From NCBI GenBank assembly GCA_030599585.1, contig JAUVNS010000001.1, positions 288,001 through 352,000 on the forward strand: a stretch of 64,000 bases of DNA. The letters are read 5' to 3'. Source of the stretch: Promethearchaeota archaeon (GTDB lineage: Archaea; Asgardarchaeota; Lokiarchaeia; Sigyniarchaeales; SOKP01). The notes below the pieces were generated by a model, which saw only the letters and a list, made by a program, of their open reading frames with translations, was not told the origin of the DNA and ran no database searches. Both the position numbers and the translations under genes were made by a program. Positions 61,922-64,000 of this stretch are shown one piece after another (positions within the stretch are counted from its first letter, which is position 1; every line of letters starts with the position of its first letter).

Positions 61922-62298
61922 CTTTTATTTTTCATTAATTTATTTTTATTTTGAGTTTTTAATTAAATAAAATAAGGTTGAAAGTATATTACTAGTTTAT
62001 TGTCTAAAACTTTAACTGAACTTTTGGACTCTTATTAAGTCTCATTTTTTGTCGGTTTAAGCTCACTTTCTCTGAAATCTGTTCAGATTAAACACAATTT
62101 AAATTGAAAATATGAATCGAGTTCAGTCTAAAATCTAAAATCTAAACAATATTCAATTGAAATAAATATTTATGTTCATTTAATGTGAAAAAAATGAAAA
62201 AAATGAAAATTATCGTAATGTTTATAACTATTTTTTCATAATATAATAGTAATAGGGAATTTTTTCCCACATCAAAGTAAAAGGTGATGTGATAAAAA

Positions 62299-62514
62299 GT
62301 GATAAAATGTGAAAAATGCGGTATGCTTCATGCGTTATACCACGATTGTAATCAAATTACAATAGGTCATGGAGTAGTATTTGAGGACGACCGAAAATGT
62401 TACGATTGGAACTGTTTTATAACAGACGCTCCAAGAATATACAAAATTGAAGAGAGAATTTTAGATAGTATTCTTAACAATCCAAAGGAAAATCCGTTAT
62501 TAATTTACGAGTAA
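62299..62514 (+). CDS. Small Cys/His-rich hypothetical protein
   Basis: CEKC...H...H.C N-terminus; AGGTGA SD-like sequence upstream. Confidence 0.5.
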   Translation: MIKCEKCGMLHALYHDCNQITIGHGVVFEDDRKCYDWNCFITDAPRIYKIEERILDSILNNPKENPLLIYE

Positions 62515-62623
62515 TTTTTATTAACTTATTTCTATTTTTAAATCGTATATCAGGAAATTTCTAACTTTATAAATTAAAAAAGATAATTTCTTAAGCTACT
62601 ATTTCATCTTAAAACCATTCATT

Positions 62624-63526
62624 ATGGTTAAAGAAGTATTTGAGTCAGACATTGTAATCATTGGGCATGTAGCGAAAGATATCATAGAAATCGACGGAGT
62701 GAGCAAATCGGTACTAGGAGGTGCCGTGTATTACGGCGGGTTAGCTGGTAGTCGAATGGGATTAAGAATAGCGATCATTACGCGGTTGAAGGCCGAAGAT
62801 TTCCCAATTTTGGATTCGTTTGAGAAAAATGGTATCAAATACTTTGCGTATCCGGCTAAAGAAACTTCAGGAATTAAAAACATATACTCTTCGGAAAATA
62901 TGGAATATAGAACTTACGAACCTTTAGGTTTTGCGGGTGCGTTTAAAAAGGAAGAAATCCCAGTTATTACTACAAAATTTTTTGTTATAGGTTCGATAAT
63001 TGCTGGCGAAATCGATTTAGAGCTGTTAGAATACTTGAATAAAAAATATAACGGCAGATTGGGGCTTGACATTCAAGGATTTCTTAGAGGTGTAAAGGAT
63101 AATAAAATGCAGTATTTCAACTTAACAGAAAAAGAGAAAGTTGAAATAATATCTAAAGTGGATTACTTAAAAGTTGACGAAACGGAAGCGAAAGTGCTAA
63201 CAAATCTCTCTTCTTTACAAGATGCAGGAAAGCAACTCATTAATTTAGGACCGAAGGAAGTTCTTATCACGCACCAAAGAGGAATCAACTTAGTTTCAAG
63301 AGAAGGATCATACTTCTTTCCTTGGAAAAATAAAGGTAGTGTAGGGAGGACAGGTAGAGGAGATACTGCCTTTATAAGTTATTTAGGATCGCGAATAACG
63401 AGAAGTCCAGAAGAATCCTTACGATTTTCTGCAGCGTTAACATCGCTTAAAATGGAATCAATGGAACCATTTTCATTACCTTTAAGTGCGGTTGAAAAAT
63501 TGATAAGGGAGGAATATGTTCAATGA
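62624..63526 (+). CDS. PfkB family carbohydrate kinase
   Basis: GH...D, LGGAVYY, DIQG, GRTGRGDT anion-hole motif. Confidence 0.88.
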   Translation: MVKEVFESDIVIIGHVAKDIIEIDGVSKSVLGGAVYYGGLAGSRMGLRIAIITRLKAEDFPILDSFEKNGIKYFAYPAKETSGIKNIYSSENMEYRTYEPLGFAGAFKKEEIPVITTKFFVIGSIIAGEIDLELLEYLNKKYNGRLGLDIQGFLRGVKDNKMQYFNLTEKEKVEIISKVDYLKVDETEAKVLTNLSSLQDAGKQLINLGPKEVLITHQRGINLVSREGSYFFPWKNKGSVGRTGRGDTAFISYLGSRITRSPEESLRFSAALTSLKMESMEPFSLPLSAVEKLIREEYVQ

Positions 63527-64000
63527 GAGTCGGTGGAATTATAGATATATCAACAAAGGACATTCCTAATAGGTCAACAATGGTTATTTTCACGGTTGGG
63601 TGCAATTTGAGTTGCGAATTTTGCCACAATAAATATCTACTACATAAAGCCGTAGGGAGAGACATCGATATTCCCGAATTAATGGGACAAATTAAAAGTA
63701 ACATGTTAGTTAGTAGTGTGAGCATTTCTGGAGGAGAACCTACGCTTCAAAAGGATTTGCTTGATCTATGTACAGAAATAAAGAATGTTGGAAAATATAT
63801 CAGTATTGACACAAATGGAACAAATCCGAAATCGATTGTGGAATTACTGCCATATATCAACAGAATTGCTTTAGATATGAAAGGTCCACTCAACAATAAG
63901 AGACTAACCAAAATTACAGGAAATCAAATTAATTCCAACCTGATTGTTGAGACGTTTAGAGCTGTAAACAATCGTAAGGATATTGATTTTGAAATAAGAA
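63523..64000 (+). CDS. Radical SAM activating enzyme (anaerobic ribonucleotide reductase activase/PflA-like), 3' truncated by window edge
   Basis: Not in the ORF track. ATGA overlap with the PfkB stop; MRVGGIIDIST...FTVGCNLSCEFCHN, SISGGEPTLQ, IDTNG, ALDMK. Confidence 0.88.
   Translation, partial: MRVGGIIDISTKDIPNRSTMVIFTVGCNLSCEFCHNKYLLHKAVGRDIDIPELMGQIKSNMLVSSVSISGGEPTLQKDLLDLCTEIKNVGKYISIDTNGTNPKSIVELLPYINRIALDMKGPLNNKRLTKITGNQINSNLIVETFRAVNNRKDIDFEIR

Noticed and set aside
62120-62210. Short tandem repeats (TCTAAAA x3, AAAAAAATG x2)
   Set aside because: Low-complexity intergenic sequence with no evidence of function.
1-64000. tRNA/rRNA genes, transposases, integrases
   Set aside because: No GC-rich cloverleaf or rRNA-like segments and no DDE or tyrosine-recombinase ORFs seen by eye; a tRNAscan/Infernal run would be the definitive check.

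Overview
AT-rich archaeal chromosomal DNA, very probably from an Asgard archaeon (Lokiarchaeia/Promethearchaeota). The assignment rests on a Rab-like small GTPase, two Roadblock/LC7 proteins, a TPR-longin fusion, a vWA-RING protein, a Loki-CTERM-like sorting tail, archaeal TATA promoters, poly-T terminators and frequent TTG starts. About 58 protein genes are supported. They include housekeeping/metabolic genes (metG, tusA-dsrE, M20 peptidase, PfkB kinase, Nudix, MBL hydrolase, radical SAM enzymes) and many secreted or membrane-anchored repeat proteins (four CASH/NosD beta-helix proteins, a 7-bladed FG-GAP protein, a 1399-aa surface protein and a >2200-aa PKD/TSP3 giant). I saw no rRNA, tRNA, CRISPR array or intact mobile element. 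Best leads: (1) The giant protein at 26429-33097 carries a 46-aa Trp/Arg/Lys-rich insert whose 8 cysteines are spaced in a perfect mirror (3-7-5-8-5-7-3). This predicts a disulfide-laddered beta-hairpin. The protein also has a multi-helix hydrophobic C-terminus and a small downstream membrane protein, suggesting a contact-dependent membrane-attack or fusion module. (2) A duplicated ~95-bp promoter (11-bp tandem repeat + TATA + 5' hairpin) lies beside a tandem-wHTH/TPR regulator, inside a Roadblock-longin-Rab neighbourhood. (3) A TFIIH-p44/Rpn10-like vWA-RING-RING protein. (4) A divergent RtcB-like ligase. (5) Two unannotated gene remnants (ParE toxin, Zn-ADH family), each truncated just upstream of a beta-helix paralog. 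All family calls come from motif recognition by eye; no searches were run.
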